A stretch of DNA of 64,000 nucleotides from NCBI GenBank assembly GCA_964611285.1, contig CAZSZY010000002.1, forward strand, positions 7,694-71,693. Reading direction: 5' to 3'. This document shows, piece after piece, positions 48,024 through 57,789 of the stretch (position 1 is the stretch's first letter; every line of letters starts with the position of its first letter). The DNA comes from an uncultured Methanosarcinales archaeon. GTDB taxonomy: Archaea > Nanobdellota > Nanobdellia > Woesearchaeales > SKGA01. The notes under the pieces were generated by a model that searched no databases, was not told the DNA's origin, and was given only the letters and a program-made list of their open reading frames with translations. Position numbers and translations under genes: made by a program.

Positions 48024-48102
48024 CATTAATTTAAGAAAATTGATGAATTTGACTTATGTCAAATAACAATAATTATAAAGAACATAAAACAGGTAAAATA
48101 CT

Positions 48103-49221
48103 ATGGCAAAGCCAAAAGTAAATCCATATGATGTTTCTGGGAAAGTTGATTATGACCGACTTATTGATGAGTTTGGTATAAAGAAGCTCACTGATGCAGA
48201 TTTAAAGCGAATTGAGAAACATGCTGGGCAGTTACATCACTTTCTTCGACGAGGCATATTCTTCGCACATAGAGACTTAAAATGGCTGCTTGATGAGTAT
48301 GAGAAAGGAAATAAATTCTTTTTGTATACTGGTTGCGGACCATCAGGACCGATTCACTTAGGACATATAGGACCTTGGATTTTTACTAAGTGGCTTCAAG
48401 ATAAATTCGGTGTTGAACTCTGGTTTCAATTTACTGACGATGAAAAATTCTTATTCAAGAACAAAAGCTATGAAGAAATTCAAGACTGGGTACATGAAAA
48501 CATGCTTGATGTTATCGCAGTTGGCTTTGACCCGAAAAAAACACATTTCATTGTTGATACACTTCACGCAGGCATCATGTATCCTGAAGCAATAAAAGTT
48601 GCAAAGAAAATTACTTTCTCAACAATCAAATCAGCATTTGGTTTTACTGATTCAAATAACATTGGAAGTATTTTTTACACAGCAATGCAAACAGTTCCAG
48701 CATACCTACCAAATGTTTTGAATAATGAAAAACGACCATGTTTAATACCTCTAGGTGTTGATCAAGATACTCATTTTAGAATTAGTCGAGATGTTGTTGA
48801 AAAACTTGGTCACAAGAAACCAGCAATTATACACGCAAAATTTATGAGTCCGCTTACAGGACCAGAAGGAAAGATGAGTAGTAGTGATCCTGACAAAGCA
48901 ATACTCATGACCGATGATGCTAAAACTGTGAAGAAGAAAATTAACAAATACGCATTTAGTGGTGGACGAGAAACACTTGAAGAACACAGGCGTTTGGGTG
49001 GTAATCCTGATATAGATGTATCTTACAATTGGCTTCGATACTTTGAAGAAAGCGATGAAAAACTAGCTGAGATATACTATAAATACAAGAAAGGCGAACT
49101 TCTTAGTGGTGAGATAAAAGCAATTCTTATTGAGAAAGTTAATGAATTTTTAGCAGAGCATCAAACAAGACGAGCGAAAGCTGAAAAGATGATTGATCAG
49201 TTTATTTATAAACCAAAATAA
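48103..49221 (+). CDS. trpS: tryptophanyl-tRNA synthetase (archaeal/eukaryal type)
   Basis: GCGPSGPIHLGH (HIGH) and KMSSSDP (KMSKS) motifs; 372 aa. Confidence 0.8.
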   Translation: MAKPKVNPYDVSGKVDYDRLIDEFGIKKLTDADLKRIEKHAGQLHHFLRRGIFFAHRDLKWLLDEYEKGNKFFLYTGCGPSGPIHLGHIGPWIFTKWLQDKFGVELWFQFTDDEKFLFKNKSYEEIQDWVHENMLDVIAVGFDPKKTHFIVDTLHAGIMYPEAIKVAKKITFSTIKSAFGFTDSNNIGSIFYTAMQTVPAYLPNVLNNEKRPCLIPLGVDQDTHFRISRDVVEKLGHKKPAIIHAKFMSPLTGPEGKMSSSDPDKAILMTDDAKTVKKKINKYAFSGGRETLEEHRRLGGNPDIDVSYNWLRYFEESDEKLAEIYYKYKKGELLSGEIKAILIEKVNEFLAEHQTRRAKAEKMIDQFIYKPK

Positions 49222-49238
49222 TTCTGAGGCAAGTAATT

Positions 49239-49712
49239 ATGAAACAAGAATTAAAGAAAGAACTAGAAGACGCATTTGCAAAAACCAAAAAAGAATTTGG
49301 ACTAACCAAAACATTTGAAGAATACGAAAATATCTTTTTCCTTTACGATATGGCTGTGCAAGACGGCTTTGTTGCAGAATCATTTCATCGACAACTCTCC
49401 AGTAGAATTGTAAACATCTTTAACTCATGGTATAACCATTTACATAGCATTATACTTCCAAGTCAAGGCAGCATGGTTAGTATGACAGAGAGTAATATGT
49501 TTGAAGATAAAGAAAAAGAAGCACTTACTATTCTTATGAACAAAATTATTGAGCACATTGCAAAAAATACTATTGTCACATTAACTAAAGACGTGGAAGA
49601 ACAGCGAGCATTCCTTGATGATTCAGTTGACTTCTGGAACGAAATTAAACCACCACTTCTTGGCATGGCAAAACAAGTCCATGCCGGCTGGAATAAGTAT
49701 ACAAAAGAATAA
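49239..49712 (+). CDS. hypothetical protein
   Basis: 157 aa ORF. Confidence 0.45.
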   Translation: MKQELKKELEDAFAKTKKEFGLTKTFEEYENIFFLYDMAVQDGFVAESFHRQLSSRIVNIFNSWYNHLHSIILPSQGSMVSMTESNMFEDKEKEALTILMNKIIEHIAKNTIVTLTKDVEEQRAFLDDSVDFWNEIKPPLLGMAKQVHAGWNKYTKE

Positions 49713-49721
49713 AAGAATTAG

Positions 49722-50063
49722 TTATGAGTACTTTAACAAGTCCAGTTTTACTTGTGTTGCTTTCTTTTCTAGAATTTCGCCTGGAATAATAGAGTCATCT
49801 TTTACAGTCCAACCAACTTTAGCTAATTTATTATTATACGTTTTAACAAAATGACCATAAATATTTTGAGCATCACAAATTTTACAAGGTTCTAAACTCT
49901 GAATTTCTTTAATTGCGAAAATTTTAGTTGGAACTGTTTGAACTGCACCCAATGAATAATCTTTTGCTATTTGTGCATAAGAATCTAATAACATATCGCA
50001 AATTAATGTAGTAGTTTCTGAACCTATCAAATTGGTTGTTTCTGTTTCCATGAAAAAGACCAA
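49722..50063 (-). CDS. hypothetical protein
   Basis: 113 aa ORF. Confidence 0.4.
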   Translation of the reverse strand: MVFFMETETTNLIGSETTTLICDMLLDSYAQIAKDYSLGAVQTVPTKIFAIKEIQSLEPCKICDAQNIYGHFVKTYNNKLAKVGWTVKDDSIIPGEILEKKATQVKLDLLKYS

Positions 50064-50152
50064 AGTTAAGAGTAGATTATAAAGATTTCCCTCTCAAAGC
50101 GTCTGGACAAAGAGAAGAAAGCTATTTAAACGATAGCCCTTTATTTTTTCTT

Positions 50153-52258
50153 ATGCTTTTAGGTAAGATTTTTGGAAAAGTCACCACAACAGACTTTAAG
50201 TTTCACGTAGAGCACGAAACCAAGAAGTTCGACTACGTCCAAGTCTACCACGGAGCATATGAGTACGTTCTTTGCCAAGTCGTTGAACTTGAGAAACAAG
50301 AAGAAATGACGACAGCCATTTGTCAGATTATCGGCTATAAAGATAAAAAAGATGGCAAGATACGACAACTCAGAATTCCTTTTGAACCAGGAAGCGAAGT
50401 GTTTCGAGCAGAAGATAACTTTATCAAAGAAGTTATCAAACTTGAAGAAAGCGACAACGGCGCGTATCTTGGAAAACTAGAAGGACGAGACATTCCTATT
50501 TATCTAGACCTAAAGAAATTACTCACAAAACACGTTGCAGTTCTTGCAAAATCCGGTTCTGGGAAAAGTTACACAGTTGGTGTTCTTTTAGAAGAAATTA
50601 TGGAAAAGAAAGTGCCTCTTCTGATTATTGACCCTCACGGCGAATATAATAGTTTGAAATATCCAAACGATAATGAAGAAGAAATAGCTGCCATGCCTTA
50701 TTTTGATGTACAACCTAAAGGATATAAAATAAATGAGTACGGTGATACAGAAATTAATCGAGATGTCAGACCATTAAGACTTCCTGCAAATCTTACCAGC
50801 CAAGAACTTATTGATTTGCTTCCTATGAAACTTTCTGCAAGTCAACTCGGCGTTATGTATAGCGCAACGCAAAATTTGCAATCATGCGACTTTGATAGTG
50901 TAATGTGCGCATTACAAGAAGAAGAAAGCAACGCAAAATGGAGCATCATTAGCGCACTTGAACAATTGCGAGATAAAAATTTATTTTCATCAGCGCCAAC
51001 TCCTTATCATGAACTTATTAAAAGCGGAACTTGTTCTGTTATTAACCTGAAAGGAATTGATCCTGACATGCAAGACATCATTGTCTATAAACTAGCGCGA
51101 GATTTATTTGAACTTCGAAAACAAGAAAAATTACCACCATTCTTTTTAGTAATTGAAGAAGCACATAATTATTGTCCAGAGAGAAGCTTTGGAGAAAAGA
51201 AAGCATCAAAAATTCTGCGTAATATTGCGAGTGAAGGGCGAAAGTTTGGACTGGGATTTTGCGTGATCAGTCAACGACCAGCACGAATTGATAAAAGCGT
51301 TGTCAGTCAGTGTAGCACACAAATTATTATGAAAGTAACTAATCCTAATGATTTAAAAGCCATTAGCACAAGTGTTGAAGGCATCACCAACAATACAGAA
51401 AAAGAAGTACAAAACTTATCTATCGGAACTGCTCTTGTTACGGGCCTAACAGATGTACCTCTCTTTGTGAAAGTTCGACCACGAAAAACACGACACGGCG
51501 GACACACAGTTGATATCCTTAACGGTGGCATGAAAAAAATAGTAACTCCTGAAACTGAAGAAGAAAACATTATTGATAAAGTAACCGAATTTGAAGAACA
51601 AGAAGTACTTCCGCTTATCAAGCCAACACTCTCTGTGAAAGATGTTATGCTCATGAGCGAGCGAGCCATAGAAGAAGTACAAATTGTTCTTGTTCCTGTT
51701 TATATACTCACTTGTAAAGATGGCGAGCAAGAATATAAAATCTTAGTTAATAGAACAAACGGAGCAATCATTGCAGATAAAGATGAATTCGTTAATAAAT
51801 TCTTACCACAACTTGAAAAACTTGATAAAAAAGAATTACGAATACTCCAAGTAGCATATAATTTGAAGAAATTTAGTGTTATTGATTTAGTCCATGAAAT
51901 GGGGAGTAACTTAGATATTAGCAACGAACTAGAAAAACTTGTTGCTAAAAAATATCTATTACCAATCGGTGAAAAAGAATTTGCACTCAACGAAACATTT
52001 ATTTTTAACAAACTAGAAAACTACAAAGCATTTGATGAACCACACTATGAACATATCGATTATCACGAGAAATTAGAAGAAAAACTATCTATCGATGAAA
52101 TACTTACTGTTGTACAAAAATTTACGAGTGTGAACGATCACGCCGAGGGATATCTTATTACGTATCAACTCAAATACAAAGAAGATGAGCAACCGAAAGG
52201 CAGTAAGCCAAAAGATGGTGAACCAGAAGGTGGTAAACCAGAAGGCGGTGAAGAATGA
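50153..52258 (+). CDS. HerA-like (FtsK/HerA, DUF87) ATPase with a HAS-barrel N-terminus and an extra C-terminal wHTH-like region
   Basis: N-terminus GKIFGKVTTTDFKFHVE...; Walker A LAKSGSGKSYT; Walker B FLVIEEAHNY; a ~230 aa C-terminal extension with a predicted winged helix. Confidence 0.7.
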   Translation: MLLGKIFGKVTTTDFKFHVEHETKKFDYVQVYHGAYEYVLCQVVELEKQEEMTTAICQIIGYKDKKDGKIRQLRIPFEPGSEVFRAEDNFIKEVIKLEESDNGAYLGKLEGRDIPIYLDLKKLLTKHVAVLAKSGSGKSYTVGVLLEEIMEKKVPLLIIDPHGEYNSLKYPNDNEEEIAAMPYFDVQPKGYKINEYGDTEINRDVRPLRLPANLTSQELIDLLPMKLSASQLGVMYSATQNLQSCDFDSVMCALQEEESNAKWSIISALEQLRDKNLFSSAPTPYHELIKSGTCSVINLKGIDPDMQDIIVYKLARDLFELRKQEKLPPFFLVIEEAHNYCPERSFGEKKASKILRNIASEGRKFGLGFCVISQRPARIDKSVVSQCSTQIIMKVTNPNDLKAISTSVEGITNNTEKEVQNLSIGTALVTGLTDVPLFVKVRPRKTRHGGHTVDILNGGMKKIVTPETEEENIIDKVTEFEEQEVLPLIKPTLSVKDVMLMSERAIEEVQIVLVPVYILTCKDGEQEYKILVNRTNGAIIADKDEFVNKFLPQLEKLDKKELRILQVAYNLKKFSVIDLVHEMGSNLDISNELEKLVAKKYLLPIGEKEFALNETFIFNKLENYKAFDEPHYEHIDYHEKLEEKLSIDEILTVVQKFTSVNDHAEGYLITYQLKYKEDEQPKGSKPKDGEPEGGKPEGGEE

Positions 52259-53160
52259 AACTACCACAAACAAAAACGGCATGGGGGAAACATTTCAAAA
52301 AACTTCAAGAAGAAATAATTCTTGCAGATAGAACTGGGAAAGAACACGCTCTTATATTAGCTGAGACAATTGAAAAAACAATTCTTCGACAAGCAAAGCA
52401 AGCAAAAGGAAATATAGGACTACTTTTCAGCGGAGGAGTAGACTCCACACTCATAGGCTTTATTCTTAAAAAACACAACATCCCATTTACTGCAGTTACT
52501 GTCGGATTTCAAGATAACGAAGATCAAAAATTACCTGACGATATTTTGGAAGCTAGAAAAATAGGACGACAATTATTATTTGAATACGTTGAAGACATGC
52601 GCGACTTTTCAGCAATGGAAGAATTATTCTTAAAAACAACGAGCATTTTAGGTGAAGAAATATCTGATGCAATAAACGTTGGTGTTGGCAGTGTAGAAAT
52701 TGCAGCAATTAAAACACTTATTGATCATGACGTCACCGATATTTTTGGTGGGCTTGGAAGCGAAGAACTCTTTGCAGGATACCTTCGACATAAACAAGCA
52801 GAAGATAAACATAATGAATGTTGGCAAGGACTTCTTGCTATGTTTGAGCGAGATATGAAACGAGAATTTGCTATTGCTAAACGCTTAGGCGTAGAAGTTT
52901 GGGCACCATTTCTAGATGAAGAGTTAGTACGTGTTGCAATGACCATTCCAGATACATTTAAACTCAATGATACAGAGAGTAAAGTCATTCTTAGAGATGC
53001 AGCAGAAGTTCTAGGACTGCCTAAAGAGATGGCGAGAAGGCCTAAGAAAGCCGCACAATACGGTTCTAGAACAGATAAAGCTCTTGATAAACTCGCTAAA
53101 AAACATGGATTTAAATACAAAAAGGAATACATCGCTTATCTGATAGAAAATGAACACTAG
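52255..53160 (+). CDS. standalone asparagine-synthetase-like PP-loop ATP pyrophosphatase (AsnB C-terminal-domain type)
   Basis: LLFSGGVDSTLIG PP-loop; C-terminal ...RDAAEVLGLPKEMARRPKKAAQYG like the AsnB tail; start overlaps the HerA-like stop (ATGA). Confidence 0.65.
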   Translation: MKLPQTKTAWGKHFKKLQEEIILADRTGKEHALILAETIEKTILRQAKQAKGNIGLLFSGGVDSTLIGFILKKHNIPFTAVTVGFQDNEDQKLPDDILEARKIGRQLLFEYVEDMRDFSAMEELFLKTTSILGEEISDAINVGVGSVEIAAIKTLIDHDVTDIFGGLGSEELFAGYLRHKQAEDKHNECWQGLLAMFERDMKREFAIAKRLGVEVWAPFLDEELVRVAMTIPDTFKLNDTESKVILRDAAEVLGLPKEMARRPKKAAQYGSRTDKALDKLAKKHGFKYKKEYIAYLIENEH

Positions 53161-53713
53161 TTTTGGAAATTTAACGACTTCACCACTTTCGGAATGGAAT
53201 CCAATTATTAATAGTATAATTGTGGCAATAGTCATCTTCTTTATAGGATTAATTATTGGTCGAGTAGTAGGAAAACTTGTAGAAAGAGTTCTTAGAGAAT
53301 TTAATGTAGACAAAACAGTAAAAGATAAAACAGGATTTTCCACATCCATGCAAAAACTTGTAGGTGGAATTGTTTCGTACAGCATTTATTTTGTGTTCGC
53401 AGTCATTGCACTTCGACAAATTGGTATCACGCCACTACTTCTCAATATCTTGGCCATTGTAGTTATATTAGTGCTCTTTGTTTCAGCAGTACTTAGTTTG
53501 AAAGATGCCATCCCAAATATTCTTGCATATGGTCAAATAGCCAAGAACATTAAAGAATGCGACACAATCATGGTGAAAAGTGTTGAAGGCACAGTAAAAG
53601 ATATGACTATGTTTGCAACATTTGTAGAAACAAAAAATGGCGATGAAATAAGAATACCAAATAGTTTATTTCTAAAAGAAACTCATATCAAGCGTGCTAA
53701 GAAGAAAAAGTGA
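53150..53713 (+). CDS. small MscS-like mechanosensitive channel
   Basis: 187 aa, TM helices followed by the beta-domain segment IRIPNSLF. Confidence 0.55.
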   Translation: MNTSFGNLTTSPLSEWNPIINSIIVAIVIFFIGLIIGRVVGKLVERVLREFNVDKTVKDKTGFSTSMQKLVGGIVSYSIYFVFAVIALRQIGITPLLLNILAIVVILVLFVSAVLSLKDAIPNILAYGQIAKNIKECDTIMVKSVEGTVKDMTMFATFVETKNGDEIRIPNSLFLKETHIKRAKKKK

Positions 53714-53720
53714 AAAGTAA

Positions 53721-55025
53721 TTACTCTACTAAATCTCCTTTCAAATCATCTCTTGTTGTACTCAGTACTTTGACGTTTTTTATTGTACCAAGAATAGAAT
53801 CATCAGTATTAATTACAATAACCTGTTTGTAGTTCTCAGTTCTACCAACAAAAGAATTATTTTTTCCTTTCTCTGTGAAAAGCGCTGAAACTATTTGGCC
53901 GACGTAATGCTCATTGTTGTTTCGCTTCGTGAACCAATCAGAGACAGCTTTGCTTCTTGCCTTTACTTCCTTAGTAGAAATAAGTTGCATAGCAGCAGCG
54001 GGCGTTCCGGGCCGAGGATAAAACTTAGAGATGTTTATTACTGTGAATTTTTCTTCAGCGAGAAGCTTCATTGTTTCTTTGAAATCGTCTTCTGTTTCAG
54101 TAGGATAACCAGCAATAATATCAGTTGCGAAGGTAAAATTAGAAATTGCAGTTCTTATTGTGGAGATTGCTTGTTTGAATTGTTTTATTGTATAAGGTCG
54201 TTTCATCTCTTTAAGCACTTTATCGCTACCTACTTGCACAGGAATGTGAAGAAATTTATAGAATAAATTATGCTCTAGAATTTCTGCAAGCTCGTTAGCA
54301 TATCTAAAAGCATACTGTGGATTGAGCATACCCACACGAACCCGAAAAGCAGGTAATCGGTGTTCTGCGTTCTGCTCTTGCTTGCCTTCGAGCTTTATTA
54401 TTTCTCGAAGAAGCTTGGGAAGTGTTGTATTTATGTCTAAACCGTATGCACCGTTATCCTCACTTACCAGCCAAACTTCTTTGACACCAGCATGTTTTGC
54501 TAGACGAATTTGTTTAATGATATCTTTGGTTGGATAACTTTTGAGATTTCCTCGCGCAGCTTTTGTTTTACAATATGTACAATTACCAAGACAACCTTGA
54601 AGCAAAGGAACAATTGCAACAAAAGGATTACGCCGCTTTGTTGGCAAGAAATTTCTTATTGGAGGCAAGGGCGTATTTTCTAGAAAATGCACTATCTCTC
54701 CGTTGAGTTTTGCTTTCACTGCATCAACTATTTTATCGAGCATATCAACACCAAGAGCAACATGGTCTTTGAGCCAATCAGCATCCTTTTGTGACTGAGG
54801 AATACAACCAGCAATAACAACGGGCTTAGTTGTTCGCTTCAGTTTTGTGAAGAATTTATCATCAGTAGGATTTTTGACCGTGCAGGTGTTATAAACAATG
54901 AGATCTGCATCAGTCTCATCTTCATGAATTACTGAGTAGCCAGCTTCAACTAGGAATTGGGCCATAGCTTCACTATCAGCCATATTATGAGCACAACCAG
55001 AGGTTTTGATACAGATAAGCGTCAT
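53721..55025 (-). CDS. radical-SAM methylthiotransferase (MiaB/MtaB family)
   Basis: N-terminal MTTase Cys triad (C..NTCTV..), CLGNCTYC radical-SAM motif, C-terminal TRAM-like region. Confidence 0.85.
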   Translation of the reverse strand: MTLICIKTSGCAHNMADSEAMAQFLVEAGYSVIHEDETDADLIVYNTCTVKNPTDDKFFTKLKRTTKPVVIAGCIPQSQKDADWLKDHVALGVDMLDKIVDAVKAKLNGEIVHFLENTPLPPIRNFLPTKRRNPFVAIVPLLQGCLGNCTYCKTKAARGNLKSYPTKDIIKQIRLAKHAGVKEVWLVSEDNGAYGLDINTTLPKLLREIIKLEGKQEQNAEHRLPAFRVRVGMLNPQYAFRYANELAEILEHNLFYKFLHIPVQVGSDKVLKEMKRPYTIKQFKQAISTIRTAISNFTFATDIIAGYPTETEDDFKETMKLLAEEKFTVINISKFYPRPGTPAAAMQLISTKEVKARSKAVSDWFTKRNNNEHYVGQIVSALFTEKGKNNSFVGRTENYKQVIVINTDDSILGTIKNVKVLSTTRDDLKGDLVE

Positions 55026-55084
55026 AAAAAAGAGGGAAGTAAGAGAATATTTATATATATCTGAGTTCTAACTACTATTATAGG

Positions 55085-56158
55085 GTGGTTTATATGGAAG
55101 AAAGCGAAAACTCCAATCAAAAACAACAAGAATTAACATTTCCTGACGATTATTTTCATTTCGATAAAAAAGGTCTCATGGAAGATTATAATAAACTTCC
55201 AGCAGATATTAAAAAAGCATACGAACTAGGCGATGATTTAACTATCCCTGAAATAAAAGGAGCATTTGATCACATCTTCTTTATGGGTATGGGCGGCAGC
55301 GCAATCAGTGCAGACTTCTTAAAAAAATATCTCGAACATATTAATATTGGCATTCCCATAACCATCATTAGAGATTATTCACTTCCACCAACACTAACCG
55401 AACAATCACTAGTCTTTGGTATTAGTTATTCAGGAAATACTGAAGAAACACTCAGCTCCTTTAGACAAGCAATGAGAAAAACAAAATATTGCTTTGGATT
55501 TGCAAGTGGAGGAAAACTCCAAGAAACAAGCACCATCAACAGAACACCATTTATCCTCGTCCCTAAAGGATACCAACCAAGAACAGCAGCAGTGAGCTAT
55601 CTCTTCTTTCCCATACTACGTATGCTTGAGCGATTAAAAGTAATTCCATCACAAGCAGGAGAAATAGAAACTATTCTTAATACTATTAAAAAAACAGAAT
55701 TCAAACCATTAGCAATTAACTTAAGTGAAAAACTCGTGGGAAAAATACCATTAATTTATGCATCAGCAAAATATTTTCCTGTAGCATTTAGATTTAAAAC
55801 ACAAGTCAATGAAAATGCTAAGCGACACGCATTTGCAGGAGAATATTCTGAATTTAACCACAATGAAATTCTTGGCTATGAAAATATTGAAGCAAACTAC
55901 CACATCATCACATTTAGATTTAATGATGACCACAGGCGCCTACATAAACGAATGGATCTTGTTAAAGAATTAACCAACAAAGCAGGCATAGAAACTACAG
56001 AAATTAAACTCAACGGAGACAGTTATCTTGCAAAAGTATACTCAGCTATCCTTATTGGCGACTTAACAAGCTATTACCTTGCTCTTCGACATAAAGTAGA
56101 CCCATCACCAGTAGTCAGCATAGAAGCACTCAAAGAAAAAATGGGTCCTATGATTTAA
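55085..56158 (+). CDS. SIS-domain bifunctional phosphoglucose/phosphomannose isomerase
   Basis: FFMGMGGSAISADFLKKYLE SIS motif; 357 aa. Confidence 0.65.
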   Translation: MVYMEESENSNQKQQELTFPDDYFHFDKKGLMEDYNKLPADIKKAYELGDDLTIPEIKGAFDHIFFMGMGGSAISADFLKKYLEHINIGIPITIIRDYSLPPTLTEQSLVFGISYSGNTEETLSSFRQAMRKTKYCFGFASGGKLQETSTINRTPFILVPKGYQPRTAAVSYLFFPILRMLERLKVIPSQAGEIETILNTIKKTEFKPLAINLSEKLVGKIPLIYASAKYFPVAFRFKTQVNENAKRHAFAGEYSEFNHNEILGYENIEANYHIITFRFNDDHRRLHKRMDLVKELTNKAGIETTEIKLNGDSYLAKVYSAILIGDLTSYYLALRHKVDPSPVVSIEALKEKMGPMI

Positions 56159-56267
56159 GAAATTTAGGTGATTTTAGGCATTTGAGACGTTCTTCTCCAC
56201 GTATTACTATTGAGACGTTTGTGCAAACCTTTTTAAATGAAATACTATTTCTCCGATACGCTAAACA

Positions 56268-56342
56268 GGGGCTGTAGTGTAGCTTGGTCTATCATTAACC
56301 GTTTGGGACGGTTAGACCCCAGTTCGAATCTGGGCAGCCCCA
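56268..56342 (+). tRNA. tRNA-Pro (anticodon UGG), no encoded CCA
   Basis: Acceptor GGGGCUG/CAGCCCC; anticodon stem AACCG/CGGUU with loop UUUGGGA; T-arm CCCAG-UUCGAAU-CUGGG; the D-arm is atypical. Confidence 0.8.
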
Positions 56343-56409
56343 CATTTTTGATTGGGAACAAGCCCAAGAAAAACGATATCACGTTCAAAATACAAACAAG
56401 GAATAAAAA

Positions 56410-56658
56410 ATGGTTAAAAAATCTTCAAACTCAACAAAGCGCTATGGCGCACGTTATGGTAAAACTGTAAAGGATAAAGTTGCAGCTATTGAAAAACAAC
56501 AAAGAACATTATACACCTGCCCTTACTGCTCACGAGAACAAGTAAAACGAGTAGCAAGTGGAATTTGGGAATGCAAAAAGTGTAGCGCTAAATTTGCAAA
56601 CAAAGCATACACTGTTGGTAAGCAAACAAAAATCCAAACAAAAGTTACCGAATTATAA
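56410..56658 (+). CDS. rpl37ae: 50S ribosomal protein L37Ae (L43e)
   Basis: RYGARYGKTVKDKV...CPYCSREQVKRVASGIWECKKCSAKFANKAY. Confidence 0.9.
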   Translation: MVKKSSNSTKRYGARYGKTVKDKVAAIEKQQRTLYTCPYCSREQVKRVASGIWECKKCSAKFANKAYTVGKQTKIQTKVTEL

Positions 56659-56673
56659 AACGAGCTGATACCT

Positions 56674-56808
56674 ATGACCGAATACAAATGCTTTTCATGT
56701 AACAGAACAGTTGCAGACAGTTATATCAAAAAAAAGGTCCGTTGTATTTACTGCGGCTCAAAAATTATCTTTAAAGCTCGGACTAAACCGTCCAACGTTA
56801 AAGCACGA
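56674..56808 (+). CDS. rpoP: RNA polymerase subunit P (RpoP/Rpc10)
   Basis: 44 aa MTEYKCFSCNRTV...VRCIYCGSKIIFKAR zinc ribbon; canonical position after L37ae. Confidence 0.8.
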
Positions 56809-57059
56809 TGAAATTAACCAGTAGCATTGTAGTAACAGAGCTAAGCAAAGAAGAACAAAAGCACATCATGACGCTCTTTGCAAACGAAGATAAAAAACTT
56901 AACAATAATCGCGCATCATACAATATAACGCAGGAAGACGGAACAATAACATTTTCCATTCTTGCATCTGATGCCGTTGCGCTACGAGCGATGCTCACGG
57001 GCATCGGAAAAACATTAGCAATATACCATAAAACAAAGGAGTTGACAACAAATGAATGA
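56808..57059 (+). CDS. small protein, possibly KEOPS subunit Pcc1-like
   Basis: 83 aa; assignment based mainly on the conserved position between rpoP and prefoldin beta. Confidence 0.35.
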   Translation: MKLTSSIVVTELSKEEQKHIMTLFANEDKKLNNNRASYNITQEDGTITFSILASDAVALRAMLTGIGKTLAIYHKTKELTTNE

Positions 57060-57372
57060 AGAACAACTCAACCAGTTGAGAATTATTGAACAACAACTTT
57101 CTAACACTTCACAACAACGACAAGCATATGATCAACAACTAGTTGAACTAGAAAATGCACTTAATGAATTAAAAGGTAAAGATGAAGCATACCACATTGT
57201 TGGAAGCATCATGATAAAAAAAGATGCAAAAGAAATTGCAAAAGAAATTACTGTCAAACAAGAAACATTCAAAGTGCGTGTTGATGCATTAACAAAACAA
57301 GAAGAAACACTTCGCAGTCAAGCAGAAAAATTACAAGAAAAAATTATGAGTAAATTACAGAAAGGAGAGTAA
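57052..57372 (+). CDS. pfdB: prefoldin beta subunit
   Basis: 106 aa, two coiled-coil segments flanking a hairpin (AYHIVGSIMIKKD). Confidence 0.8.
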   Translation: MNEEQLNQLRIIEQQLSNTSQQRQAYDQQLVELENALNELKGKDEAYHIVGSIMIKKDAKEIAKEITVKQETFKVRVDALTKQEETLRSQAEKLQEKIMSKLQKGE

Positions 57373-57377
57373 GTACA

Positions 57378-57626
57378 ATGACCGAGCAACTCACAGATGT
57401 TATAGAATTCATGAGCGAACTTACAGATGATGGAAATGTTCCTCGAAATGTCAAAGCAAAACTTAACGACATTGTTAAACAACTCAAGGGCGCAACGGAC
57501 GCAAATCTTTCTTTAACTGTAAATAAACTTCTTACAGACCTTGATGACATCTCCAGCGATGCTAATTTAGATTCATTTACACGACAGCAAATTTGGAGCA
57601 TCACCAGCATGCTAGAAGGCATCTAG
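57378..57626 (+). CDS. UPF0147 family protein
   Basis: ...VPRNVKAKLNDIVKQL...DSFTRQQIWSITSMLE matches my recollection of the UPF0147 signature (..TQIWNI..LE). Confidence 0.65.
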   Translation: MTEQLTDVIEFMSELTDDGNVPRNVKAKLNDIVKQLKGATDANLSLTVNKLLTDLDDISSDANLDSFTRQQIWSITSMLEGI

Positions 57627-57789
57627 AGAGCTTCTAAACTCTTTTTCTTTATGCTCATATCTTTTCACAAGATTTAAATACTAAACTCACACTTTCTCAT
57701 ACTATTACACATTATATCCTAAATTAGTGGAGAGATTATTATGAAAGCAACAAAAATGAAATCTTTTTGAGCTTTTATTTTAAATTAAA

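Noticed and set aside
56237-56470. 77-aa ORF spanning the tRNA-Pro and the start of rpl37ae
   Set aside because: It overlaps a tRNA gene and is out of frame with the well-supported L37Ae CDS.
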